Notes: generated by a model not told the origin, from the letters alone. Shown: positions 21,077 through 30,664, counted from the first letter of the stretch. The stretch is 64,000 bases of DNA from an uncultured Candidatus Rokubacteria bacterium (GCA_963747235.1 CAVVEU010000024.1:672001-736000), one strand, 5' to 3'. Made by a program: numbers and translations.

Positions 21077-22429
21077 TTATCCGTAGATCTTCTTCAGCTC
21101 GCCCGACGCCCACGTGACCGCGTCTTCCGCCTTCATGCCCTGCACGCCCTTGGCAAACATGTCCACGACGACGTACTTGGAGTAGGCCTCGGTGGCCTTG
21201 GCCGACGGCTGCCCCGCGTACCCGAGGACCCGGGAGTTGTCGGCGGCGGTGCGGAAGCCCTTCATCGGCTCGTCGATCGTGCTCCACAGCGGATGCTGCT
21301 CCCAGAACTTGGTCGAGCCGATCGAGAAGCCCTCGGCCACCTGGAACCACTTGCCGAACTGCTCCTTGCCGTGGAGCCACTTGAGGAAGTCCTTGGCCAG
21401 CTTCTGGTTCTTCCCGTACTTCATGACCCCGTGGTGGAAGGAAGCCTGGTAGCTCGACGTGCCGGCCGGGCCCGCGGGCAGCCGCGCGTGCTGGATGTCA
21501 CGCACCATCGGCTCGCCCTTCTCGTCCTTGATCTTGTCCTGGCCGCGCTTGGCCGCGATGTAGATCGACGCCCCGTTCAGCGAGCCGCAGATCTCGCCGG
21601 CCAGGAAGGCCCGGTTGTTGTTGGTGTCGTCCCAGGCCAGGCCGCCCTCGTCGCAGCCGTCCTTCCAGAACGCGGTCATGAACTTGACCGCTTCCACCGT
21701 CCCCTTGCTGTCGATCACGGTCTTGCCGCTCTTGTCGACCTCCATCCCGCCGTAGTTCCACATCAGCGGGTACGCCCAGCCCGGAGCGTCGCCAAAGGTG
21801 TGCCCGAGGGTCTGGCCGTAGGGATGGCCCTTCTTCTTGAGCTTCGCGGTGACCTGGCGCAGCTCCTCGTACGTCTTGGGGAAGGTGGTGGCTCCGACCT
21901 CGTCGAACCACGACTTCCGGTAGGCGATGAGGCCGGGCACGATGCCGTGCGGCAGGGCCAGGTACTTGCCGCCCACCTTGACGTTGACGTCGGACAGGGT
22001 ATAGAGCGCGCCCTGCTCTTTCACCTGCCAGGCGACGAGATCGCTCACGTCGACGAGCCCGTTCGCGTAGAGGTGGGGCCAGTTGTGGAGCATCTGGATG
22101 ATGTCCGGGCCCGCGCCCGACTGCATGGCCGCGGTGATCCGCGCCTGGATGTCGTTGGCGTTGATGAACTCGAAGACCACCTCGGCCCCGAGCGCCTTGC
22201 TCGCGTCGCCAGCCTGGCGCTTGAGCTCCACGTCGCACGCGGGGATGAAATCCACCCAGCGGACGATGTTGAGCCGCGTGCCCTGGGCAAAGGCCGGGGC
22301 GCGTCGCGCGGCCAGGATGCCTTCCAGGCCGGCCGCCGCGGCGACACCCACGGTGGCGGACCCGGCCAGGAACGTGCGACGGCTGACAGTTGGTGAATCC
22401 GTGCTTGCGTTGCGCTCTGAAGTCGTCAT
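21077..22429 (-). CDS. CUT1 ABC solute-binding protein, Tat-exported
   Basis: SRRTFL, APAFAQ, GLAWDDTNNNRAF. Confidence 0.92.
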   Translation of the reverse strand: MTTSERNASTDSPTVSRRTFLAGSATVGVAAAAGLEGILAARRAPAFAQGTRLNIVRWVDFIPACDVELKRQAGDASKALGAEVVFEFINANDIQARITAAMQSGAGPDIIQMLHNWPHLYANGLVDVSDLVAWQVKEQGALYTLSDVNVKVGGKYLALPHGIVPGLIAYRKSWFDEVGATTFPKTYEELRQVTAKLKKKGHPYGQTLGHTFGDAPGWAYPLMWNYGGMEVDKSGKTVIDSKGTVEAVKFMTAFWKDGCDEGGLAWDDTNNNRAFLAGEICGSLNGASIYIAAKRGQDKIKDEKGEPMVRDIQHARLPAGPAGTSSYQASFHHGVMKYGKNQKLAKDFLKWLHGKEQFGKWFQVAEGFSIGSTKFWEQHPLWSTIDEPMKGFRTAADNSRVLGYAGQPSAKATEAYSKYVVVDMFAKGVQGMKAEDAVTWASGELKKIYG

Positions 22430-22466
22430 CGACCCCTCTTCGGGCTCGCCGGTCGAGCCCCGCCGA

Positions 22467-23822
22467 TCAGGCCTCGTAGATCTTCTTGAGCTCGCCTTCA
22501 GCCCACTTGACGGCGTCCTCGGGCTTCATGCCCTGGACCGCCTTCGCGTACATGTCCACCACGATGTACTTCGAGAACGCCTCGGTCGCCTTGCCGGTGG
22601 ACGGCCCCCCGTAGCCGAAGATCCGGGTGTCCCGCGCCGCGGTGCGGAACATCTGGAGCGGCTTGTCGATCCGGCCCCACATGGCGTGCTTCTCCCACAC
22701 GGTGGTGGCGGCCACGCTGTAGCCCTCGCACACCTGGAACCACTTCTCGAAGTTCTCGTCCTTGTGCATCCAGCGGAGGAGATCCTTGGCCGGCTTCTGG
22801 TTCTTCGAGTACTTCATGATCGCGTGGCCGTTGCTGAAGTAGAGCGGGAAGATGCCCTTGCCGCCGGCCAGCGGGTAGATCGCGTGCTCGACGTCCAGGA
22901 AGAGCGGCTCGCCCTTGTCGTCCTTGATCTTTTCCTTCTGGCGCTTGGCCACGATGTAGATCGAGGCCCCGTTGAGGCTCGCGGAGATTTCGCCCGCGTG
23001 GAAGGCGCGGTTGTTGTTGGTGTCGTCCCACGCCAGCCCGCCCTCGTCACAGCCTTCCTTCCAGAGCGCGGTCATGTACTTGACCGACTCCAGCGTCTCC
23101 TTGGAGTTGATCACGACCTTCTTGCCGCTCGGATCGGTCTCGGCGCCGCCGAAGGACCAGAGCAGGGGATAGGCCCACGTCGGCGCGTCGCCGAAGGTGT
23201 GGCCCAAAGTCTGGCCGTAAGGCTTGCCCTTCTTCTTGAGCGCAGCGGAGGCCTTCCTCAGCTCGTCCCAGGTCTTCGGGAAGGCATCGAAGCCGACCTC
23301 CTTGAACCAGGACTTCCGGTAGGCGATGGCGTTTCCCACGATGGAGTGCGGCACGCCCAGCCACTTGCCCCCCACCTGGAACGACGGCTTGTAGACGCCG
23401 TAGAAGCCGCCCTGCGCCTTGCCCACCGGATCGGCGACGTCGCTGACGTCCACGAGCGCGTTCTGGTAGAGCTGGGGCCAGTTGTACGCCATCATGAAGA
23501 TGTCGGCGCCCGCGCCCGACTGAACCGCGGCGGTGATCCGGGGCTGCAGATCGTTGGCGTTGATCGTCTCGAGCGTCACCTCCGCCCCGAGGGCCTTGGA
23601 GGCTTCCGGCATCTGGCGCTTCAACTCGACGTCGGCCTCGGGGATAAAGTCGTTCCAGCGCACGAGATGGAGCTTGGTGCCCTGCGCGAAGGCCGGCGCG
23701 CGCCGGGCGGCCAGGATTCCCTCGATACCGCCGGCGAGCGTCGCGGCCGCTCCCGCGGTCTTGATGAACGTGCGGCGATCCACCTGGGTTACCGCGGTGC
23801 CCTTCGAGTCAGAACTGCTCAT
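22467..23822 (-). CDS. CUT1 ABC solute-binding protein, Tat-exported; tandem paralog of 21077..22429
   Basis: DRRTFI; shared blocks YGQTLGHTFGDAP, CDEGGLAWDDTNNNRAF, SLNGASIYI. Confidence 0.92.
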   Translation of the reverse strand: MSSSDSKGTAVTQVDRRTFIKTAGAAATLAGGIEGILAARRAPAFAQGTKLHLVRWNDFIPEADVELKRQMPEASKALGAEVTLETINANDLQPRITAAVQSGAGADIFMMAYNWPQLYQNALVDVSDVADPVGKAQGGFYGVYKPSFQVGGKWLGVPHSIVGNAIAYRKSWFKEVGFDAFPKTWDELRKASAALKKKGKPYGQTLGHTFGDAPTWAYPLLWSFGGAETDPSGKKVVINSKETLESVKYMTALWKEGCDEGGLAWDDTNNNRAFHAGEISASLNGASIYIVAKRQKEKIKDDKGEPLFLDVEHAIYPLAGGKGIFPLYFSNGHAIMKYSKNQKPAKDLLRWMHKDENFEKWFQVCEGYSVAATTVWEKHAMWGRIDKPLQMFRTAARDTRIFGYGGPSTGKATEAFSKYIVVDMYAKAVQGMKPEDAVKWAEGELKKIYEA

Positions 23823-23997
23823 GATCAGGTCCTCCTTGACCGGTGAACTGTCGGTAGCGTGGTGGCCTTCCGTCGCGCCTCAAGCGCGCGAGCTTTCCCC
23901 GGCGGGGTGGGCGCCCCGGCTGCGAGGTCGAGACCTCGTGAAGGCCATCACGGAGAGTGCGATTGGGATGGTTAAGCGCGCTGGCTAAAGGTGGCAG

Positions 23998-24027
23998 ATT
24001 CTTGCAAGGAACCCCCACCCCTGTCAA
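23998..24027 (-). promoter_or_regulatory. Sigma70-type promoter heading the large ABC operon
   Basis: TTGACA, 18 nt, TG-n-AAGAAT on the minus strand. Confidence 0.5.
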
Positions 24028-24041
24028 CGGGAAACGGCCGT

Positions 24042-25376
24042 TCAGCCGCCCAGGGCTGGGCTCGGCCGCGGCACCGGGACCGTCACCGGGGCCCGGAGCG
24101 TCACGCCCAGAACAATCGCCATCACCCCGATCGCGAACGAGCCCAGGAACAGCCACTGGTAGGTACCCAGCAGGTCGTGGATGGCCCCCCCGGCATAGGA
24201 GCCCAGGCCCATCCCGATGCACGAGATGAAGAAGACCCCTCCGTAGGCCGTGCCCAGGGCGCGCTCACCGAAGTACTCCCGCGTGACGAGGGCGTACAGC
24301 GGCATGGCGCCCCCGTAGGCGACGCCGAAGGCCAGGGAGAGGGTCCAGAGCGCCCCCTCGCTGCCGGCGAAGAGGTAGAGGAAGATGAGCGCGGCCTGCA
24401 GGCTCAGGGCGGTCAGCAGCGTGCGCTTGGCGCCGACCCGATCGGCCACCATGCCCGTGCCGATGCGGCCGAAGATGGACGTCAGCCCCGACGCCCCGAG
24501 GATGCCGGCCGCCGCCATCTTAGGCACGCCCTGGTCCATGGCATGGCTGACCAGATGGAAGAGCGGCCCCGAATGTGCCGCGCAGCAGCAAAAATGCGTC
24601 AGCGCAATCGCCCAGAAGGGCCAGGTACTCCAGGGTGAACCCACACCAGGAGCAAGAACGGGAACCGAAGCCGGAGACGGTCGTCCGCCACTGGGGGAGT
24701 GCGGGGGCCATTTCTGGGCCCCCGCATTGGACAAGCTTAAAGAACTAAACGGTAATCTGCCGGACGGTTGCCCGCGACCAGACGGTCGTCCGCCGGACGG
24801 TTGTCCGCCAGAAGGCGCCCTCAGCAGCAACGCGGTCGGCAGCACCACGACCCACGCCAGGTTCCCCAGCACCAGGAACGCCACGCGCCAGTCGAACTCG
24901 CTGATCAGCCAGCGGCTCAAGGGAGCCAGCGCGAGGATGCCGAGCCCGTTGCCGGCGGAGACGACCGCGGCGGCCATGCCGCGACGGCCCTCGAACCACT
25001 TGATGGCCAGCACGGTGAGCGGCACGTAGAAGGCGCTCACGCCCGCGCCCACCAGGAGCCCGAAGGTCACGTAGAGCTGCCAGACCTCCTGCACGTAGCT
25101 CGAGAGCACGAGGCCGAGGCCGAGCAGCACCGCGCCCACCATCACGACGCGGCGCGTGCCCAGGCGGTCCGAGACGAAGCCGGACACCACGCCGCCCGCG
25201 CCCATCACGATCCAGTTGAAGAGGCCGATGGCGCCGATGCCGGACCGGCTCCAGCCCATGGATTCCTCGATGGGCCGGAGGAAGACGCCGAGCGTGAAGA
25301 GCGTGCCGATGGACATGGTGATGATGACGAAGGCCGCCGCCAGCACCACCCAGCCGTAGAAGAATCGCTGCGTCAT
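24042..25376 (-). CDS. MFS transporter (OFA/MCT-like) with an expanded repeat-containing central loop
   Basis: FFYGWVVL, GFVSDRLGTR, KWFEGRRGMA, GMVADRVGAKR. Confidence 0.92.
   Translation of the reverse strand: MTQRFFYGWVVLAAAFVIITMSIGTLFTLGVFLRPIEESMGWSRSGIGAIGLFNWIVMGAGGVVSGFVSDRLGTRRVVMVGAVLLGLGLVLSSYVQEVWQLYVTFGLLVGAGVSAFYVPLTVLAIKWFEGRRGMAAAVVSAGNGLGILALAPLSRWLISEFDWRVAFLVLGNLAWVVVLPTALLLRAPSGGQPSGGRPSGRGQPSGRLPFSSLSLSNAGAQKWPPHSPSGGRPSPASVPVLAPGVGSPWSTWPFWAIALTHFCCCAAHSGPLFHLVSHAMDQGVPKMAAAGILGASGLTSIFGRIGTGMVADRVGAKRTLLTALSLQAALIFLYLFAGSEGALWTLSLAFGVAYGGAMPLYALVTREYFGERALGTAYGGVFFISCIGMGLGSYAGGAIHDLLGTYQWLFLGSFAIGVMAIVLGVTLRAPVTVPVPRPSPALGG
24676..24810. repeat. Intragenic 15-bp repeats (PSGGR/PSGGQ) surrounding a perfect GC hairpin
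   Basis: gacggt(c/t)gtccgcc(a/g) at 24676, 24781 and 24796, degenerate copy at 24763; hairpin tgcgggggcc-atttctg-ggcccccgca at 24700-24726. Confidence 0.8.
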
Positions 25377-25395
25377 GAGAATCGCTGCGTCATGA
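25362..25395. repeat. Exact 17-bp tandem duplication at an MFS-MFS gene junction
   Basis: gaatcgctgcgtcatga at 25362-25378 and 25379-25395. Confidence 0.85.
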
Positions 25396-26580
25396 AATCG
25401 CCATTGCCCTCTCGCGCACGGGGATGAGCAAGAGTAGCGCGAGCACCATGCCCGCGGCCAGCGTTCCCCACGCGAAGCCGTAGCCGCCCACGCCCTCCAC
25501 CACGAGGCCGAACACGGGCGGGCAGACCGTGACGCCCAGCGAGGAGATCGCGAGGCCGAGCCCGACCGCGGTGCCCGCCGCGCGCGGTCCGGCCAGCTCG
25601 GCCATCAGCGTGTGCTGCACGCCGTTCCAGCCGACGCCGAAGAAGCCGATGCCGGCGGCCAGCGGCACCAGCAACGCGGGGCCGGCGCCCGGCGCGGCGC
25701 TCCCGAGCAGGAGCGCGCAGGCCATCGAGCCCAGGCCCGCGATCGCGAGCACGATGCGGCGCCGCCCCCCGAAGACCCGGTCGGACAGCAGCCCGAACAG
25801 CACGCGCCCGGCCACGCCGCTGACCTGTGCCGCGACCAGGTACTTGGCCGCCACCACGAGCGGGAGCTGCACGACGTCCCGCAGGTAGAGCACGAGGAAG
25901 GAGAGGAACACGGTCTGCACGCCCGCGAAGATCAGCGTGCTGACGCCGACCAGCCACAGATCGCGATTGGCCAGCACCGCCCAGAAGCCGGCGCGGGCGC
26001 GCGCGGGCCCGGGCGCGGCCGGCTCCGGCAGATCGCGATAGAGCGCCCACGTCAGGAGCGCGAGGCCGCCGACCACCGCCGCCGAGAACGCGACCGCGGT
26101 GCGCCACCCGAAGGCCAGCGCCAGCGGGGGCATCATCAGCGCGCCCAGCGCGCCGCCGCCCGGCAGGCCGATCTGCTTGAGGCCCACGACGGTGGCGCGC
26201 TGGTGCGGCGGGAACCACGCCATGCCCGCCTTGGTGGTGGTGGGGTTGAGGACGCCGTAACCGGCGCCGGCCAGCACCAGGATCACGACCAGGAACGGAA
26301 AGCTCGGCGCCGCGGCGGCCGCGAAGAGCCCGATCGCGATCAGCCCTTGCCCCAGGATCATGGCGCCGCGCACGCCCCAGCGGTCGGCGAGCCAGCCCGC
26401 GGGCAGCGAGACCAGCACCGGCCCGATGTAGTAGGCGGAGAGGAACGAGCCCGCCTGCGTCACGGAGAGCCCGAGGTCCTCGCGGATGAGCGGCGCGATG
26501 GAGGGGATGCCGAGGGGACCCACGTTGGCCATGACCTGGGCGGCCATGATCAGGGCCAGGACGGCCCAGCGATTGGTCAC
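25390..26580 (-). CDS. MFS transporter
   Basis: RWAVLALI, GWLADRWGVR, WFPPHQRATVVGLKQ, GLLSDRVFGGRR; GTG start overlaps the kdsB stop. Confidence 0.9.
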   Translation of the reverse strand: MTNRWAVLALIMAAQVMANVGPLGIPSIAPLIREDLGLSVTQAGSFLSAYYIGPVLVSLPAGWLADRWGVRGAMILGQGLIAIGLFAAAAAPSFPFLVVILVLAGAGYGVLNPTTTKAGMAWFPPHQRATVVGLKQIGLPGGGALGALMMPPLALAFGWRTAVAFSAAVVGGLALLTWALYRDLPEPAAPGPARARAGFWAVLANRDLWLVGVSTLIFAGVQTVFLSFLVLYLRDVVQLPLVVAAKYLVAAQVSGVAGRVLFGLLSDRVFGGRRRIVLAIAGLGSMACALLLGSAAPGAGPALLVPLAAGIGFFGVGWNGVQHTLMAELAGPRAAGTAVGLGLAISSLGVTVCPPVFGLVVEGVGGYGFAWGTLAAGMVLALLLLIPVRERAMAIS

Positions 26581-27308
26581 CGCGGTCGCGACGACAGCAG
26601 GGCCTCGACGGCCCGCAGGTCCTCCTCGGTGTCCACCCCGATCGTGGGCTGATCCGTCTCGAGCACGCGGATGGGAATGCCCGCCTCCAGGAGGCGGAGC
26701 TGCTCGAGCTGCTCGGCCCGCTCGAGGGAGGACGGGGGCAGGGCGTGATAGGTCTCCAGCACGGAGCGCCGGTAGGCGTAGAGGCCGATGTGCTTCCAGT
26801 GCGTGACGTCGCCCCGGCCGTCGCGGTCGAAGGGGATGGGCAGGCGGGAGAAGTAGAGCGCGTCGCCGTGCACGTTGGTGACGACCTTGTTGGCGGTGCG
26901 GCTCGCGACTTCCGCGGGCGTGGCGCGGATCTTCAGCGTGGTGACCTGCACCTCGGGCTCGTTGAGGAAGGGCCGGACCAGCCCCTCGATGTGGGCCGGG
27001 GAGATCAGCGGCTCGTCGCCCTGGATATTGACGTATACGTCGGCGGCGCGGGCCCGGGACACCTCCCACAGCCGGTCGGTGCCCGAGATGTGATCGCCCC
27101 GCGTCATCACCGCCGGGACGTGGTGGGCGTGGCACGCGGCCACGACCTCCTCGCTGTCGGTGGCCACCAGGAGGTCGGAGAGCAGCGGGGAGATGCGCGC
27201 CCGCCGGAAGACCTCCACCACCATGGGCACCCCGCGAATCTCGCGCAGTACCTTGCGGGGCAGGCGCGTGGAGGACAGCCGCGCCGGGATCACGCCCAGG
27301 ATGATCAC
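26577..27308 (-). CDS. kdsB: 3-deoxy-manno-octulosonate cytidylyltransferase (CMP-Kdo synthetase)
   Basis: IPARLSSTRLPRKVL, SGTDR, NIQGDEP, ALYFSR, HIGLYAY, EQLEQLRLL, GVDTEEDL. Confidence 0.95.
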   Translation of the reverse strand: MIILGVIPARLSSTRLPRKVLREIRGVPMVVEVFRRARISPLLSDLLVATDSEEVVAACHAHHVPAVMTRGDHISGTDRLWEVSRARAADVYVNIQGDEPLISPAHIEGLVRPFLNEPEVQVTTLKIRATPAEVASRTANKVVTNVHGDALYFSRLPIPFDRDGRGDVTHWKHIGLYAYRRSVLETYHALPPSSLERAEQLEQLRLLEAGIPIRVLETDQPTIGVDTEEDLRAVEALLSSRPR

Positions 27309-27352
27309 GCCGTTACCCTACCAGAACCACCCGCCGGGCGTCCGGCCGGAAG

Positions 27353-27382
27353 TTGACACTCCTCCGGAGCGAGTGCCATAAT
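27353..27382 (+). promoter_or_regulatory. Sigma70-type promoter with extended -10
   Basis: TTGACA (27353-58), 18 nt, TG-n-CATAAT (27377-82). Confidence 0.65.
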
Positions 27383-27480
27383 CCTTCAATCTCGCTCCGA
27401 TTGGCCACACGTCTCGGCATCGCCGCGCGTCCGCCATCCCGAGGGTAAGATCAGGAACATGGATACCCAGCGTCGGGACC

Positions 27481-28467
27481 TTGTCCGCTCATCCGGTCCG
27501 GCCGGCGGTGCCGGGGCTTGAGCGCATGACCAACGGCCGTGAGCTGGTCGGCGCCCGGGCGGAATCGGTCGTGCGGCCGCAGATGTCATCGCGAGTCGGC
27601 TGGTTCCAGCGCGAGTCGGTGCAGGGCTTCGTGTGGATCGCTCCCGCGTTTCTCTACCTGGCCTTCTTCATCGCCTACCCGTTCTTCATGTCGATCTACC
27701 TGTCGGTCTCGAGCGCCCGCGTCGGCTCGCCCGACTCCCACTTCGTGGGCCTGCAGAACTACACGCGCCTGTTCGCGGACCCGACGTTCTGGCAGACGGT
27801 GCGCAACTCGTTCGTCTTCACCATCGGCTCCGAGCTGATCCGGCTCATCATCGGCCTGCCGCTGGCCTTCGCCCTCAACCGCTCGTTCAAGGGCAAGCGC
27901 ATCGCGCAGGGGATCATCCTCATCCCGTTCGTGATCCCGATCGCGCTCTCGTCGCTCGCGTGGAAGTGGATGTTCGATTCGCTCTACAGCGTCATCAACT
28001 GGATGCTGATGCGCGCGCACATCATCGACTACCCGTGGCAGTGGCTGGGCGAGCCCGGGCTGGCCATGTGGTCGGTCATCATCATGAACGTCTGGCGCGG
28101 CTTCCCGTTCTCGGCGGTGATCCTGCTCGCGGGGCTGACCGCGGTGCCCCAGGAGGTCATCGAGGCGGCCAAGATCGACGGCGCCGGCCCGCTGCGCCGC
28201 TTCCACTACGTGATCGTGCCCATCGTGCGGCCGATCCTGCTGGTGGGCCTGCTCTACTCGGTGGTGTTCTCGTTCACCGACTTCTCCGCGGTGTGGCTCC
28301 TGACCCAGGGCGGGCCCTACAACACCACGCACGTGTTCGGGACCTATGCCTACAATATCGGCATCAACGCGGGGGACCTGGGCATGGGGGCGGCCATCAC
28401 GCTCTTCATCTTCCCGTTTCTCGCCCTGATCGTGATCCTCATGCTACGGTTTCTCCGGAGGGAATAG
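27481..28467 (+). CDS. CUT1 ABC permease (MalF type); start could be 27526
   Basis: FVGLQNY, NVWRGFPFSAVILLAGL, IEAAKIDGA. Confidence 0.9.
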   Translation: MSAHPVRPAVPGLERMTNGRELVGARAESVVRPQMSSRVGWFQRESVQGFVWIAPAFLYLAFFIAYPFFMSIYLSVSSARVGSPDSHFVGLQNYTRLFADPTFWQTVRNSFVFTIGSELIRLIIGLPLAFALNRSFKGKRIAQGIILIPFVIPIALSSLAWKWMFDSLYSVINWMLMRAHIIDYPWQWLGEPGLAMWSVIIMNVWRGFPFSAVILLAGLTAVPQEVIEAAKIDGAGPLRRFHYVIVPIVRPILLVGLLYSVVFSFTDFSAVWLLTQGGPYNTTHVFGTYAYNIGINAGDLGMGAAITLFIFPFLALIVILMLRFLRRE

Positions 28468-28470
28468 GGC

Positions 28471-29322
28471 ATGGCCGCCCATGGAGCCTGGCGTCGAATC
28501 AAGCGCGACTACGGTCCGTACCTGCCGCTCTCGCCCTACCTCTTCGTGGTGCTGTTTCCGTTCTACTGGATGGTCATCACCGCCTTCAAGCGGGACCGGG
28601 ATCTCTACAACCTGGAGACCGCCCCGTTCTGGTTCAAGGAGGCGCCGACTCTCGCCCACGTGAAGCTCTTGCTCCAGGGCACCCTGTTCCTCACGTGGCT
28701 GCAGAACAGCCTCATGATCGGCGTGCTGGTGGTGATCATCACGCTCCTGCTGGCGCTGCCCGCCGCCTACGCGCTGGCTCGCATGCGCTTCCCGGGAGCC
28801 CAGCCGCTCTCCACCGCGATGTTCCTCTCCTACCTGATCCCGTCGACCCTGCTGTTCATCCCGCTCTCCCAGGTGGTGCGCGGGCTCGGGTTCATCGACT
28901 CGGTGTGGGCGCTGGTCATCGTGTATCCCTCCTTCACGCTGCCGTTCTGCACCTGGCTCCTCATGGGGTTCGTGCGGACGGTGCCGAAGGAGATCGAGGA
29001 GAGCGCCCAGATCGACGGCTGCACCCGCTTCCAGGCCTTCCGCATGATCATCATCCCGGTCATCGTGCCCGGCATCATCACCGCCGGGATCTTCGCCTTC
29101 ACGCTCACCTACCAGGAGTTCATCTACGCCCTGACGTTCATCTCCGCGTCCGCCAACAAGACGATCTCGTATGGGGTCACGAGCGACCTCATCCGCGGGG
29201 ACGTCTTCTACTGGGGCTCGCTCATGTCGGGCGCGCTCATCGGCGCGGTGCCGGTGGCCATCGTGTACGCGTTCAGCCTCGACCACTTCATCCACGGGCT
29301 CACCGCCGGCGCCCTGAAGTGA
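28471..29322 (+). CDS. CUT1 ABC permease (MalG type)
   Basis: LFPFYWMVITAFK, EIEESAQIDG, GDVFYWGSLM. Confidence 0.92.
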   Translation: MAAHGAWRRIKRDYGPYLPLSPYLFVVLFPFYWMVITAFKRDRDLYNLETAPFWFKEAPTLAHVKLLLQGTLFLTWLQNSLMIGVLVVIITLLLALPAAYALARMRFPGAQPLSTAMFLSYLIPSTLLFIPLSQVVRGLGFIDSVWALVIVYPSFTLPFCTWLLMGFVRTVPKEIEESAQIDGCTRFQAFRMIIIPVIVPGIITAGIFAFTLTYQEFIYALTFISASANKTISYGVTSDLIRGDVFYWGSLMSGALIGAVPVAIVYAFSLDHFIHGLTAGALK

Positions 29323-29357
29323 TCCGCAGCACTCACGACCTCAAGGAGGAGAACCGC

Positions 29358-30655
29358 ATGAGCAAGGTTTCGCGACGGCAGTTCCTCGGTACCACGGCGG
29401 GCGCCACCGCCGCCTCCGCGTTCCCCCACGTCTGGATCCGCCCCGCGTGGGCGCAGGCCAAGGAGGTCCGGGTGCTCGCCTGGACCCACTTCGTGCCCTC
29501 TTACGACAAGTGGTTCGACACCTTCGCCGAGCAGTGGAGCGCCAAGAGCGGGATCAAGGTCACCATCGACCACATTCCGCACCTGCAGATCCCGGCCAAG
29601 ATCGCGGCCGAGGTCGCGACCCAGTCGGGCCACGACATCGTCCAGCTCGTGGGCACCGGCACCGAGAAGTGGGCCACCGCTCTCATGGACGTGCAGGACG
29701 TGGCCGACAAGCTCGGGAAGAAGTACGGGGGCTGGACGCCGTTGGCCGACAACTACTGCAAGGTCGCGGCCGACGGCAAGTTCCACGCGATCCCCGACTT
29801 CTTCATCGACTTCCCCGGCCTCTACCGAAAGGATCTGTGGAGCGAGATCGGCATGCCCAACGGCCCCGATACCTGGGAGGACCTGCACAAGGGCGGCATG
29901 AAGCTCAAGGCCAAGGGCTTCCCGATCGGCATCGGCCTCGCCCACCACGACGACTCCCGCGCCTCGTGGCGGGCCATCATGTGGTCCTACGGCGGTTCCG
30001 AGGTCGCCAAGGACGGCAAGACCATCACGTACAACTCCAAGGACGTGCGCGAGGCGCTCAAGTTCAACAAGGCGCTCTACAAGGATTGCATGACCCCCGA
30101 GGTGCATGGCGTGGGACGACGCCTCCAACAACCGGTTCCTCGCCTCGGGTCGCGCCTCCTGGATCCACAATCCGATCAGCGCCTACCGGACGATCGAGGG
30201 CTCGAACAAGGAGCTGGCCGACAAGATCTTCGTGCCAACTCTCCCCGAAGGGCCCGGCGACGCGGCGCTCGTTCGCCAACTGCCGCGCCTACGGGGTCAC
30301 CAAGTTCTCCAAGAACGCGGACGGCGCGAAGGCGTTCCTGGAAGCGCTGGTGGACAGCTACCGCGACGGCGCGCGGGCCAGCACCGGCTACAACATGCCG
30401 TTCCTCAAGAACTACGCGAAGCCGCCGTTCCCGATCATCAGCGAGGACCCGAAGCTGAAGCCGCTCGAGCAGGACGCCGAGTACCACTTCACCACCGGCT
30501 ACCCGGGCCCGCTCACTCCGGCCGCGGACGAGGTCTACCAGCAGTTCATCATGGTGGACGCGCTCGCCCAGTTCGCGACCGACAAGATGGACCTGGAGCA
30601 GACCGTGAAGTGGGCCGAGGATAAGATCAAGGCCATCTACGCCAAGTTCGTCTAG
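29358..30655 (+). CDS. CUT1 ABC solute-binding protein, Tat-exported; indels near 30105 and 30235
   Basis: SRRQFL, PAWAQ, DHIPHLQIPAK, AWDDASNNRFLASG; RBS AAGGAGGAG. Confidence 0.87.
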
Positions 30656-30664
30656 AAGAGCCGT

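Noticed and set aside
5881-21380. Apparent giant fusions in the ORF track (SBP-permease 5881..8259, permease-TBDR 13832..16513, double permease 19248..21380)
   Set aside because: These arise from indels or off-frame read-through. Separate stops and starts are visible, e.g. 7279/7282, 14785 and 20104/20099.
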